A stretch of 50,909 nucleotides of DNA. Source: an uncultured Gammaproteobacteria bacterium. GTDB taxonomy: Bacteria > Patescibacteriota > Microgenomatia > UBA8517. A model generated the notes under the pieces. The model was not told the origin of the DNA. It saw only the letters and a program-made list of their open reading frames with translations, and made no database searches. Both the position numbers and the translations under genes were made by a program. Each line of letters starts with the position of its first letter. Position 1 is the first letter of the stretch. Shown piece after piece: positions 9,676-19,418 of this stretch. The stretch spans positions 1-50,909 of the forward strand of contig CAZAXL010000001.1 in NCBI GenBank assembly GCA_964489145.1. Reading direction: 5' to 3'.

Positions 9676-11700
9676 TTATTCCTGAAGAGACCTTACCTTG
9701 TCTCTAATCTCTGCAGCAAGTTCAAAATTCAGATCCTGAGCTGCTATGCGCATTTCGGTTGTTAAATTTTTAATCAGACGTTTCTTTTCCATAGGCGTCA
9801 TTGCGTCAACTTCCAAATGAGGAAGGCTATCATAAACCGGCTCTTTTGATCCAAATACCCAGGAACCCCGTTCGCCTTGTTGGTTCTCAATTATGCGCTC
9901 CCGAATTGGTTTACTAATGCTCACGGGCGTAATGTTGTGTTTTTTGTTGTATTCAAGCTGGTAGGCACGCCTTCTTTTAACTTCGGAGAGAGCCCTTTCC
10001 ATTGACCCTGTTATCTTATCGGCATACATAATAACGCGGCCCTCAACGTGTCTGGCGGCCCTACCCATCGTTTGAATAAGGGTTACATCACTTCGAAGGA
10101 ATCCTTCTTTGTCCGCATCAAGTATGGCTACCAGGCTCACTTCGGGTAGATCCAGGCCTTCTCTGAGGAGGTTAATTCCCACCAGGACATCATATTTTCC
10201 GTTCCTAAGATCATCCAGAATGTCGGTTCTATCGAGTGTAGCTACATCTGAATGCAGATATTGAACCTTTAGTCCTTGTTCATTCAAATATGTAGTCAAG
10301 TCCTCCGCGGTCTTTTTAGTTAAAGTTGTGACCAAAGTACGCTGTTTTTTTGAAGTAACTTTCTTGATTTCTTCGATAACGTCGGCTACCTGATTTTTTA
10401 CGGGTTTTATTTCAACTAACGGATCCGGAATTCCGGTGGGCCTAACCAAAATCTCCGTGATTTTGCCGCCACTCATGCTGACTTCCCAATCCTTGGGTGT
10501 TGCCGAACTGGCTATAAAATTCGGAATTCTTCTCATAAATTCTTCAAATTTCAATGGTCTGTTGTCCAAGGCAGAGGGAAGCCTGAAACCATAGTCAATC
10601 AAAGTTTGTTTTCTTGCCAGGTCTCCGTTAAACATTCCCCTTATCTGCGAAAAAGTCATGTGAGACTCGTCAACAAGAAGCAGCCACTTATCTTTGTATG
10701 GTTCATTAAAATAGTCGAGGAGAGAAAAAGGAGGATCTCCAGGGCTCCTGCCGTCAAAATATCTTGAGTAATTCTCGATACCTTTGACATAGCCCACTTC
10801 CTTAATCATCTCCATGTCATAGGTAACTTTTTGGGCAATTCTGTGTGCTTCCAGTTCTTTTCCTTCGGATTTTAGTTCTCTCACTCTTTTATCAAGGTCG
10901 AACATTATTTTTGCAAAAACCTCGCTATAGTTATCCGGATTGGTCATAAAATGCTTAGCAGGATAAAGAACAAAGGTTGTTGGGTCGAATTCATTTTTGC
11001 TTTTGGTTACAGTTCCCGTAACAGGGTTAATCATTTCTATTTTCTGAATTTTATCTTCACCAAATTCAATATGGATTCCCTCATCCAGATAGGCCGGATA
11101 AATGTCGATTGCGTTGCCTCTAACTCTAAAAGTTCCGCGGTTGAATCCGAAGTCGCTTCTTTCATATTGTAAATCCACGATTCTGTCGATAATCTGTTCT
11201 CTTCCTACTTTCATTCCTTCAGTAATTTCAAGAACAAAATGACCGTATTCACGGGGAGAACCAATGTTGTAAATACAGGATACGGAAGCAACCACTATAG
11301 TATCGGATCTGGTCAGTAAGTTTGTTGTTGCGGCAAGACGAAGCTTGTCTATTGTTTCGTTTATATCGGCATCCTTTTCAATGTAGGTATCTGTTGAGGG
11401 AATATATGCCTCCGGCTGATAATAATCATAGTACGAAACGAAATATGAAACTGCATTTTTCGGAAAGAGATCGCGCATTTCCTGATAGAGCTGAGCTGCC
11501 AGGGTTTTGTTGTGCGAAATAATGAGAGTCGGCCTTTGAACTTTTTCAATAACGTTGGCCATTGTAAAAGTTTTTCCGCTTCCCGTTACCCCGAGCAATG
11601 TTTGATATTTTTCGCCGGAGAGAATTCCCTCGCTAAGAGAGTTAACAGCAGTTTCTTGATCAGGAATCGGTTTATAATTTGAATTAAGCTTGAATTTCAT
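9676..11700 (-). CDS. uvrB: Excinuclease ABC subunit B
   Basis: LLGVTGSGKT, SYYDYYQPEAY, DESH, GINLLREGLDLPEV, C-terminal UVR domain. Confidence 0.98.
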   Translation of the reverse strand: MKFKLNSNYKPIPDQETAVNSLSEGILSGEKYQTLLGVTGSGKTFTMANVIEKVQRPTLIISHNKTLAAQLYQEMRDLFPKNAVSYFVSYYDYYQPEAYIPSTDTYIEKDADINETIDKLRLAATTNLLTRSDTIVVASVSCIYNIGSPREYGHFVLEITEGMKVGREQIIDRIVDLQYERSDFGFNRGTFRVRGNAIDIYPAYLDEGIHIEFGEDKIQKIEMINPVTGTVTKSKNEFDPTTFVLYPAKHFMTNPDNYSEVFAKIMFDLDKRVRELKSEGKELEAHRIAQKVTYDMEMIKEVGYVKGIENYSRYFDGRSPGDPPFSLLDYFNEPYKDKWLLLVDESHMTFSQIRGMFNGDLARKQTLIDYGFRLPSALDNRPLKFEEFMRRIPNFIASSATPKDWEVSMSGGKITEILVRPTGIPDPLVEIKPVKNQVADVIEEIKKVTSKKQRTLVTTLTKKTAEDLTTYLNEQGLKVQYLHSDVATLDRTDILDDLRNGKYDVLVGINLLREGLDLPEVSLVAILDADKEGFLRSDVTLIQTMGRAARHVEGRVIMYADKITGSMERALSEVKRRRAYQLEYNKKHNITPVSISKPIRERIIENQQGERGSWVFGSKEPVYDSLPHLEVDAMTPMEKKRLIKNLTTEMRIAAQDLNFELAAEIRDKVRSLQE

Positions 11701-11706
11701 TTAGTT

Positions 11707-11715
11707 ATTTTAACA
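11707..11715 (-). promoter_or_regulatory. Extended -10 promoter (TG-t-TAAAAT) 6 nt before the uvrB ATG (leaderless type)
   Basis: Minus strand TGTTAAAAT-AACTAA-ATG. Confidence 0.6.
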
Positions 11716-11718
11716 TAC

Positions 11719-11736
11719 GTTTGGGATATGTTTGGG
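11719..11736. promoter_or_regulatory. Candidate LexA operator 1 (direct repeat, 11-bp period)
   Basis: GTTTGGG at 11719 and again at 11730, immediately upstream of the uvrB extended -10. Confidence 0.5.
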
Positions 11737-11763
11737 TTTGAACAAGAAAGATCCAGTTGCAAT

Positions 11764-11780
11764 GTTCGGGTAATGTTTGT
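11764..11780. promoter_or_regulatory. Candidate LexA operator 2 (direct repeat, 11-bp period)
   Basis: GTTCGGGTAATGTTTG matches GTTTGGGATATGTTTG of site 1 at 13/16 positions; it lies just upstream of lexA. Confidence 0.5.
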
Positions 11781-11795
11781 AAATTAATCTAAGGT

Positions 11796-12419
11796 ATGGC
11801 ACTAATAGTTTACAGAAAACAAAGGCAAATTTTAGGCTTTATAAAACAGTATATTGAATTAAATGGGTCAGCCCCCACTCTCAAACAAATTGCGGAGGCT
11901 ATCGGTGTTTCTTCACTGGCCACGGTCCACGAACATCTTCAGTCGCTTGAGGCAAAAGGACTTATTAAAAGAAAACAGGGAAAAGTCCGTTCGATTGAGT
12001 TGGTTGAGGGGGATACCAGTCTTGAAAAGGGTGAAAACTTTAACGCTCCTATTTTAGGTTATATTGCGGCCGGTTTACCCATCGAGGCATATACCGATCC
12101 CAATGCTTCAATGAATATTCCGGCATCGTTTGTAAGCGGAAGCAAAAGAACATATGTGTTGCAAGTAAGAGGCGAAAGTATGATAGAAGACGGAATTAGG
12201 GACGGAGATAATGTTATTGTTGAACAAACGGAACATGCCAAAGATGGAGATGTTGTTGTTGCCCTGCTTGATAACGGCATGGCAACTCTGAAAAGATTTT
12301 ATAAAGAGGCAACACGCATCAGACTTCAGCCGGCCAATTCTACAATGCAGCCGATTTTTGTTAAAAATGTTCGCATTCAAGGGCGGGTCGTTGGGTTGAT
12401 ACGGAGATATAAAAACTAA
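11796..12419 (+). CDS. lexA: SOS repressor LexA
   Basis: wHTH PTLKQIA...SLATVHEHL, Ala-Gly cleavage site (IAAG), catalytic Ser (GESM) and Lys (TLKRF). Confidence 0.96.
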   Translation: MALIVYRKQRQILGFIKQYIELNGSAPTLKQIAEAIGVSSLATVHEHLQSLEAKGLIKRKQGKVRSIELVEGDTSLEKGENFNAPILGYIAAGLPIEAYTDPNASMNIPASFVSGSKRTYVLQVRGESMIEDGIRDGDNVIVEQTEHAKDGDVVVALLDNGMATLKRFYKEATRIRLQPANSTMQPIFVKNVRIQGRVVGLIRRYKN

Positions 12420-12446
12420 AGTTTTTGCATCAGTCCAAAAAACTAA

Positions 12447-13076
12447 CTACTCCTTTTTGTTCTTTCTAAGGTGGTTCCAGATGTAAAGAACTGCTAAGGC
12501 AAAAAAGACTCCAACTATTAAGTACTGGAATTTTCGAAAGATCGGCTCAATTGCATGCCAGTTTTGACCGAGCTCAAGACCAATAAAGGCTAAAATTGCA
12601 GACCAAATAAAAGAACCGATAAAAGTAAGCAAGCTGAAAAGTTTAATATCCATGTTGGCAATTCCCGCGGGGAGTGAAATAAAAGTTCTGACGATCGGAA
12701 GGAGGCGTGACCCGAAAGTTATACCCTGACCATATTTACCAAACCAGGCGAGTGCTTTATCAAAGTCTTTTTCATGAATGAGAACCCACCTCCCCCATTT
12801 TCTGATAGCTATCCTTATCCATTCTTCACCCATTTTTTGTCCCAGCCAAAAAGCAAGAAGAGAACCGACAAGATTTCCAAAAGCGCCGATTAGTATTACA
12901 ACCCAGATATTCATTATTCCGATTCCGCTCAAAAACCCCGCAAAAGTCATTGTTACCTCAGACGGGATGGGAATTAGGGCGCTCTCCGCGGTCATAAAAA
13001 TAAATACAGCAAAATATCCATAGGAGGAGATGAAAGATGTCAAAAACTCTGCAAGCACTCGCATAATGTTATCCAT
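12447..13076 (-). CDS. DedA-family membrane protein
   Basis: ESALIPIPSE and SRLLPIVRTFISLPAG DedA motifs. Confidence 0.92.
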   Translation of the reverse strand: MDNIMRVLAEFLTSFISSYGYFAVFIFMTAESALIPIPSEVTMTFAGFLSGIGIMNIWVVILIGAFGNLVGSLLAFWLGQKMGEEWIRIAIRKWGRWVLIHEKDFDKALAWFGKYGQGITFGSRLLPIVRTFISLPAGIANMDIKLFSLLTFIGSFIWSAILAFIGLELGQNWHAIEPIFRKFQYLIVGVFFALAVLYIWNHLRKNKKE

Positions 13077-13095
13077 GATTTAAAAAGTATACAGG

Positions 13096-14763
13096 CTAGA
13101 ATTTAAATTGTGAATCCAGTAAATTATGACCCGTCATGTTGGAGGGAACGGTAATTCCCATGATATTTAAAATAGTTGGTGCTATGTCTGCAAGAATTCC
13201 CGAGGTAAGAGTGACGGGCTTTCCCATCAATTTTTGTGAAACAATTATGAAAGGAACAGGACTGGCGCTATGTTCGGTTTCTATGGTTCCCGTTGCCTGA
13301 TCAATCATTTCTTCTACGTTTCCGTGGTCGGCTGTTATAATCATGTATCCCCCATAAGCCATTACCCAATCCCCCAGTTTACCTATACATTCGTCTACAA
13401 CCTCACACGCTTTAACTGCAGCTCCGATATTACCGGTGTGTCCTACCATATCCGGATTAGCGAAATTAATAAGAACAAATCTATATTGACCCTGAATTTT
13501 TAGTTTTTCCAAAACATTCTCCGTAATTTCTTTGGCACTCATTTCGGGTTTAAGATCATAAGTATTTACTTTCGGAGAAGGAATAATTAAACGTTCTTCA
13601 CCATCGAATGCCACTTCCTGCTGACCGTTAAAATAGAACGTTACAAACCTTTCCTTTTCGCTTTCGGATACGCGAAGTTGTTTATAGCCTGCGCTGGAAA
13701 TAACTGCACCAAGAGGTAATTTTACAGCTTCGGGTGGAAATGCAACTTTAGCACCGGATTCTTCAATGGATTTTTCGTACTGCGTCATTGTCGCAAAATA
13801 AAGATTATCAAGTTTCGGACCTCTGATGAAAGGTTCTGTGGAACCGGCGATTTGAGTTGCAAGGTGGGACTTTTGATATTTAACCAGGTAGGGATCAAAT
13901 CCGACAGGTAAATTTGCTTTAGAAAAATCCTGAAAAGTAAAGGCTCTCGAAAGCTGTCTGGGCCGGTCAATTCTAAAATTAAAAAATATTACAGCATCGT
14001 TGGGTTTTATAGTTCCTACCGGTTTGCCCTCCTGAGTAGTCATTATGCAGGGCTCAATAAATTCATCCGTTTTTCCCTCGGCATAGGATGTATCGATTGC
14101 CTCTTCAGGGGTTTTAAAAAGATGTCCTTCTCCTTTGGTCAAGGCAAAATATGCTTTGGCAGTCCTGTCCCAGCGCATATCCCTGTCCATTGCCCAATAT
14201 CTGCCCGTAATTGAGGCAATTTGACCAATACCACGTTTGTTAAGGACCCCTCTAAGTTGGCTTATATAAGTTTTGGCTGCAGTAGGAGGGGAATCTCTGC
14301 CGTCGGTGAACAAATGCAGAAAAAGCCGATTAAATTGATGCCGCTTGGCAAGTTCAATCAGGGAATAAAGGTGCTCAATATTGCTGTGAACTCCTCCTGC
14401 ACCAATAAGCCCCATCAAGTGAAGGTTGCTGTTAAAAGTTTTGGCATGGTCTACCGCACCGATTAGTATCGGGCTATCGTAAAAGCTTCCGTCAGCAATG
14501 CTCATATTAATTCTTAGAAGATCCTGGTAAACGATTTTGCCGGCACCTAGGTTAAGATGTCCCGTTTCCGTATTTCCGACTTCTCCCCTGGGAAGTCCAA
14601 CCGCCTCACCCGACGCTTGGAGCTGTGTATGTGGGAATGCTGTCATGAACTTTCTCATGTTGGGTAAATCTGCTTGAGAAATAGGATTTCCCGGCCCGGG
14701 AGCCGCAAGTCCCCAGCCATCCAAAACAACTAAGAGCACAGTCTTTGAAGATTCATCTTGCAT
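13096..14763 (-). CDS. gpmI: 2,3-bisphosphoglycerate-independent phosphoglycerate mutase
   Basis: LDGWG, GNTETGH, DGRD, GRYWAMDRD, NPDMVGH, TADHGN. Confidence 0.95.
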   Translation of the reverse strand: MQDESSKTVLLVVLDGWGLAAPGPGNPISQADLPNMRKFMTAFPHTQLQASGEAVGLPRGEVGNTETGHLNLGAGKIVYQDLLRINMSIADGSFYDSPILIGAVDHAKTFNSNLHLMGLIGAGGVHSNIEHLYSLIELAKRHQFNRLFLHLFTDGRDSPPTAAKTYISQLRGVLNKRGIGQIASITGRYWAMDRDMRWDRTAKAYFALTKGEGHLFKTPEEAIDTSYAEGKTDEFIEPCIMTTQEGKPVGTIKPNDAVIFFNFRIDRPRQLSRAFTFQDFSKANLPVGFDPYLVKYQKSHLATQIAGSTEPFIRGPKLDNLYFATMTQYEKSIEESGAKVAFPPEAVKLPLGAVISSAGYKQLRVSESEKERFVTFYFNGQQEVAFDGEERLIIPSPKVNTYDLKPEMSAKEITENVLEKLKIQGQYRFVLINFANPDMVGHTGNIGAAVKACEVVDECIGKLGDWVMAYGGYMIITADHGNVEEMIDQATGTIETEHSASPVPFIIVSQKLMGKPVTLTSGILADIAPTILNIMGITVPSNMTGHNLLDSQFKF

Positions 14764-16031
14764 TATTTAATTCTACCTAATTCTATTTCAATAGTAGAGA
14801 GGCGGTTATATTTGGCTACTCTCTCACCTCTTGCGGGAGCGCCAAACTTAACATAATCAGCAGAAACACCAACTCCAAAATCTGCGATAAAGCTGTCGTT
14901 TGTCTCTCCTGACCTGTGAGAAACAACTATTTTCCAATTTGCTTCTCTAGCCATCTTGATAACCTGCAAAGTCTCCGTAATGGTGCCAATTTGGTTTGGT
15001 TTGATGAGAATCGAGTTACAGGATTTTTCTTTGATGGCTCTCTCTACGCGCTTTGGATTGGTAGCCAAAAGGTCATCACCAACAACTAGGGTCGATTGAG
15101 AAACCTGACCGGTAAAAGCTGTCCAAGTCTCCCAGGCGTCTTCATGAAAAGGATCCTCCATTATGGCCAGTTTGTATTGTTCAATAAGCGATTTATAATA
15201 ATCCGAAAGCTGTAAGTCGCTCATAGCGGAGGAATGATCCTTGATGAAATATTCTCCGTCCTTATAGAAACTGTTTGAGGCAAGATCCAGTCCCAAAAGA
15301 GCATCGCGGCCAAGCGAGTAGTTGGTTTGGTGGATGGATTCTACAAAAACCTCCAGCGCGTCCGCGTTGGTAAAAAGATCCGGCGCATAGCCACCCTCAT
15401 CTCCGACAGAATGAATTGCACCGCGATGTTTTAAATTTTTTCCTATGGTTTGGTATATTTCAACTCCGATTTGAAGACCCTCGGAAAAATTCTTTGAGCT
15501 GGTGGGGATTACCCAAAATTCCTGAAAATCCAGATTGCCCGCGCCGTGTCTGCCTCCATTGATCATATTAAAAAGCGGTGTTGGAATTTTTACACTTTGG
15601 CAAATACTGTATTTTGTGGCCAATGCAAAAATCCACGAATATAAAGGTTGGTGTGTGACCATTGCACCGCATTTTGCAACTGCCTCAGAAATAGAAAGAA
15701 TAGCGTTCGCACCATATTTAGTTTTGTTTTCCGTCCCGTCGAGTTCTATTAACTTTTTATCTATAGATTCCTGATCGGTCGGATCCATTCCTACAAGTGC
15801 CGGTCCAAGAATTGTATTTACATTGTTTACGGCTTGAAGTACGCCCAAACCCAAATACCTTGGATTTTGTGTATCCCTAAGTTCCAGTGCTTCATGGGTT
15901 CCGGTTGAGGCGCCTGCGGGAACTGAGGATACGGAAACTTCACCGGATTCAAGCAAGCATGCTGCTTCAATCGTCGGTATACCCCTGGAATCCAAAATTT
16001 CCCTTGCCCAAATATGTTTAATCTTACTCAT
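14763..16031 (-). CDS. eno: Enolase
   Basis: REILDSRG, GASTG, GDEGG, VGDDL, KPNQIG, SHRSGET. Confidence 0.97.
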   Translation of the reverse strand: MSKIKHIWAREILDSRGIPTIEAACLLESGEVSVSSVPAGASTGTHEALELRDTQNPRYLGLGVLQAVNNVNTILGPALVGMDPTDQESIDKKLIELDGTENKTKYGANAILSISEAVAKCGAMVTHQPLYSWIFALATKYSICQSVKIPTPLFNMINGGRHGAGNLDFQEFWVIPTSSKNFSEGLQIGVEIYQTIGKNLKHRGAIHSVGDEGGYAPDLFTNADALEVFVESIHQTNYSLGRDALLGLDLASNSFYKDGEYFIKDHSSAMSDLQLSDYYKSLIEQYKLAIMEDPFHEDAWETWTAFTGQVSQSTLVVGDDLLATNPKRVERAIKEKSCNSILIKPNQIGTITETLQVIKMAREANWKIVVSHRSGETNDSFIADFGVGVSADYVKFGAPARGERVAKYNRLSTIEIELGRIK

Positions 16032-16090
16032 CTGTTTTTTATATAAATAGCGTATGAAAAGCTTTGCTTATCTTACTCATTTTAAAATTA

Positions 16091-18358
16091 TTATATTTCT
16101 TTTTCCGCTTCAGCGACAATACCACGAACTCTATCGACAGAGTCGGGGTTAATCGAAACACTAGTTATTCCCCAACGAACCAACTTTTTAACTAAATCTT
16201 CATATTCACTGGGTGCTTGACCGCAGATCGAAGATGTAACACCGGCTTCATCGCATTTTGTAATTACTCGCTTTAGAGCCCACAAGACAGCGGGGGTCAT
16301 TTCGTTGAATTCACTGGCAACTTCAGAGTTATCTCTATCCGTTCCCTCAATAAGCATTGTCAAATCATTGCTTCCAATAGAAACTCCGTCAATTCCAACT
16401 TTTATAAAATCCTCAATTTGAATAACGTTCACAGGAATTTCGACCATCATCCAAAACTTAAAAGTGGGTTTTTCAAAAAGTCCGCCGCTTGCAACCAAAC
16501 GCCTTACGCGCGACAACTCCTCGGGAGACCTGACAAAAGGAACCATCAAATGTAAATTTTCATATTTTTCCCTGACATTTTTAATAGCCTGAAGTTCAAG
16601 GTTGAAAACTTCAGGGTTTGCAACATACCTGAATGCCCCTCTAAAACCAAGCATTGGATTAGGTTCCACAGGTTCCCAAAACTTTCCACCCGCAAGGCTT
16701 CTATATTCATTGGTTTTAAAGTCAGTTGCTCTATAGATAATGGGTCTTGGATAAAAAGCTTTACAAAATGCCGAAAGGTCGTTTGATAATTTTGTAATAA
16801 ATTTACCTTGTTCCTTTCTCTTAATTGCCTCTTTAGGATGAATTCCGATGTTGGCGATCATAAATTCGGCCCTGAGAAGTCCGACTCCGTCGACATTCAT
16901 TTTAGCTATTTCCCCCGCCCTTTCGGGTTGAGCCAAATTTACATACACTTTTGTTGCTGTTTTAACTTTTGAGAATTTTGGCTTTACCGCCTCGGCTTTT
17001 TCCTCTTCCGTTTTCTTTATGCCCGCTCCCAAAAAGACCTTACCCGCCTCTCCATCAACCGTTACTATTTGGCCATCTTTTAAAGTTTTAGTTGCGTTTT
17101 CGGTTCCTACCACGCAAGGAATTCCCAGTTCTCTTGAAACAATGGCGGCATGGGACGTTTGTCCGCCCTGGTCGGTTACAATCGCGGCAGATTTTTTCAT
17201 GGCAGGAACATAATCCGGAGAGGTCATGGGAGCTACCAATACGTCACCCTTTTTAATTTTATCGATTTCTTTGGGAGATTTGAGAATCCTCACAGGACCG
17301 GTTCCCGTACCCGGAGAGGCCGGACTTCCGCTTAAGATTGGGGCCTCTGCTATCTTAATATTTCCTTTATTTAATTTTACAGACTTGGCGGTTTGTGCGA
17401 CTGTAGTTACCGGTCTGGTTTGAACTATGTAAAGCTTTCCACCCTCCAGGGCCCACTCGGTATCCTGTGGAAAATAATAATGTTTTTGAAGTTTATCGGA
17501 AAACTTTGCCAAAGCGACTATTTCTTTATCCGTAATTTTTTGTTTGTCTTTTAGACGTTTTGGCACTTCAACCTCTTTGGTTTTATTTTTTACCTTGACG
17601 AGCCGAATGGATTGATCTGAAATTTCTTTGGAAAGGATTGCAAAAGTATCCTTTTGAACCACGTATGTGTCAGGTACGACCGAGCCCTGTACTATCATTT
17701 CACCAAGTCCCCAAACCGACTCGATAATTATTCTGTCTTTGTCGTTTTTAACAGGATCTATAGAAAACATAACACCGGAAACTTCACTTTGAACCATTTT
17801 CTGGATAACCACGGATATTTTGACTTTCTCGTGTGGAATTTTGTTTTCGACACGATAATATATGGAACGGCCTAAAAATAGAGATGCCCAACAACCCCTT
17901 ACCGCATTAAGGAGGTTTGCCTCTCCTTTGATGTCAAGAAAAGTTTCCTGCTGACCAGCAAAGCTTGTGCCGGCCATGTCTTCAGCCGTTGCCGATGATC
18001 TGACCGCAACCAGAGAGTTTTTCATAAAACCGGATAGTTTTTTATAGGCAGATATTGTTTTTTGGGCAACTTCATCCGGAATTTTCCCGTTAAGAATTAG
18101 TTTGCGGATTTTCCCGGCAGCTTGTTCGAGCTGTGCCGGATCATTGACATCAAGAGGCTTCAAGGTACCGTAGATTTTGTTGATTAAGTCGTTTTCTTTC
18201 AAAAACAAGTCGTATCCGACGACTGTGATGGCAAACCCGGGTGGAACGGGAAAACCTGCATTATAAATTTCTCCCAAATTAGCACCTTTTCCACCGACAA
18301 GAGGGGTATCGGTTTTACCAATATCGCGGAAGTTTACAACAATAGGCAGCTTGGACAT
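16091..18358 (-). CDS. ppsA: Phosphoenolpyruvate synthase (pyruvate, water dikinase)
   Basis: GGKGANLGE, AVRSSATAED, TSHAAIVSRE phospho-His motif, NPMLGFRG, SIGSNDLT. Confidence 0.95.
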   Translation of the reverse strand: MSKLPIVVNFRDIGKTDTPLVGGKGANLGEIYNAGFPVPPGFAITVVGYDLFLKENDLINKIYGTLKPLDVNDPAQLEQAAGKIRKLILNGKIPDEVAQKTISAYKKLSGFMKNSLVAVRSSATAEDMAGTSFAGQQETFLDIKGEANLLNAVRGCWASLFLGRSIYYRVENKIPHEKVKISVVIQKMVQSEVSGVMFSIDPVKNDKDRIIIESVWGLGEMIVQGSVVPDTYVVQKDTFAILSKEISDQSIRLVKVKNKTKEVEVPKRLKDKQKITDKEIVALAKFSDKLQKHYYFPQDTEWALEGGKLYIVQTRPVTTVAQTAKSVKLNKGNIKIAEAPILSGSPASPGTGTGPVRILKSPKEIDKIKKGDVLVAPMTSPDYVPAMKKSAAIVTDQGGQTSHAAIVSRELGIPCVVGTENATKTLKDGQIVTVDGEAGKVFLGAGIKKTEEEKAEAVKPKFSKVKTATKVYVNLAQPERAGEIAKMNVDGVGLLRAEFMIANIGIHPKEAIKRKEQGKFITKLSNDLSAFCKAFYPRPIIYRATDFKTNEYRSLAGGKFWEPVEPNPMLGFRGAFRYVANPEVFNLELQAIKNVREKYENLHLMVPFVRSPEELSRVRRLVASGGLFEKPTFKFWMMVEIPVNVIQIEDFIKVGIDGVSIGSNDLTMLIEGTDRDNSEVASEFNEMTPAVLWALKRVITKCDEAGVTSSICGQAPSEYEDLVKKLVRWGITSVSINPDSVDRVRGIVAEAEKEI

Positions 18359-18364
18359 ACTACA

Positions 18365-18399
18365 TACATGGTAAAAGGTAAACGCTAAAAGGTAAAGAG
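18365..18399. repeat. Degenerate 7-nt-period tandem array
   Basis: TACATGG TAAAAGG TAAACGC TAAAAGG TAAAGAG. Confidence 0.6.
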
Positions 18400-18403
18400 G
18401 TGC

Positions 18404-19417
18404 TTAATGTACAGGTTGAGAAAGTTCACTCTTAAGTTTTAAAATCCAGGGTTCGGGGCCGGGATCCTCCCCGTTCAGTTCGGAAATGTAAAACGCCAAC
18501 CAGGCGCAATAATGGGGTATCTCAAGAGCCTGGGTTAAAGAATTCGAACCGGCAAGTTTTATTTCACCGAAATTTAGTTCCTGTTCCATAAATAAATCTT
18601 TGGTAATTTTGATTCTGGTTTTGATTCTTTCAGAATATAAATCGCTTACAAAAAATAAATAATAAATATCTTTGAATAAATTTTTGGGAAACATTGTCGC
18701 CTCAACCAAATGATGATCAAGTTCGGGTAGGTCAAAGAAAGATGCAAATGTACGGCCTATCTCATTTATCACATTTCTTCCTGCATGAAGAGAACCCAGC
18801 AGGGGTCGTGCGGCAATAAGCGCAGGAATTTTTTGATTCATTTTTTGAGCCACCGACTTTACATCCCAATTTTCCCTAATCTGTACCAGTTCCTCAATCG
18901 ATTTTTGAAATTCTTCGTCATTTAAGTTAATCACACCTGCCTTAGACATAAGGCCAAGAAGGCCGCCCAGTGAAATTCCCAACGCTGATTTAGGATAATT
19001 GGACGGATTTGTGGTGGGATAAAGAATTGCTCCGTAAATCTCACCGGATTTAATCATTTCTCCAATCTTGCCACCGGTTGATACACCGTAAATTTTTACT
19101 CCGCGGGATTTAGCTACATCGATTGCCGAGAGAGTCTCTTCGGTATTACCCGAATAACTATTAGCGATAAGTGTCCAGGAAGAATCAACATAACCGGGAA
19201 GTCCGTAATCATTAAAAACAACCATTTCGGTATTACCCCCACCTTCATTAATGGAAGAAATGATCCTTCCGGCGAGTGAAGAGCCACCCATTCCACTAAT
19301 TATTATCTTTTGGGAGGTAATTTTTGGCAGCTCACCCGAGGTTGTCTGGCCCCACGCCTCTTTCAACTGTTCAGGAAACAATTCCAGTGCCTTTTTAATT
19401 CCAAGAGAATCCTTCAT
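18404..19417 (-). CDS. Bifunctional phosphoglucose/phosphomannose isomerase (SIS domain)
   Basis: SGMGGS and SYSGNTEETL motifs; C-terminal PELDHH region; glycolytic context. Confidence 0.85.
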   Translation of the reverse strand: MKDSLGIKKALELFPEQLKEAWGQTTSGELPKITSQKIIISGMGGSSLAGRIISSINEGGGNTEMVVFNDYGLPGYVDSSWTLIANSYSGNTEETLSAIDVAKSRGVKIYGVSTGGKIGEMIKSGEIYGAILYPTTNPSNYPKSALGISLGGLLGLMSKAGVINLNDEEFQKSIEELVQIRENWDVKSVAQKMNQKIPALIAARPLLGSLHAGRNVINEIGRTFASFFDLPELDHHLVEATMFPKNLFKDIYYLFFVSDLYSERIKTRIKITKDLFMEQELNFGEIKLAGSNSLTQALEIPHYCAWLAFYISELNGEDPGPEPWILKLKSELSQPVH

Positions 19418-19418
19418 A

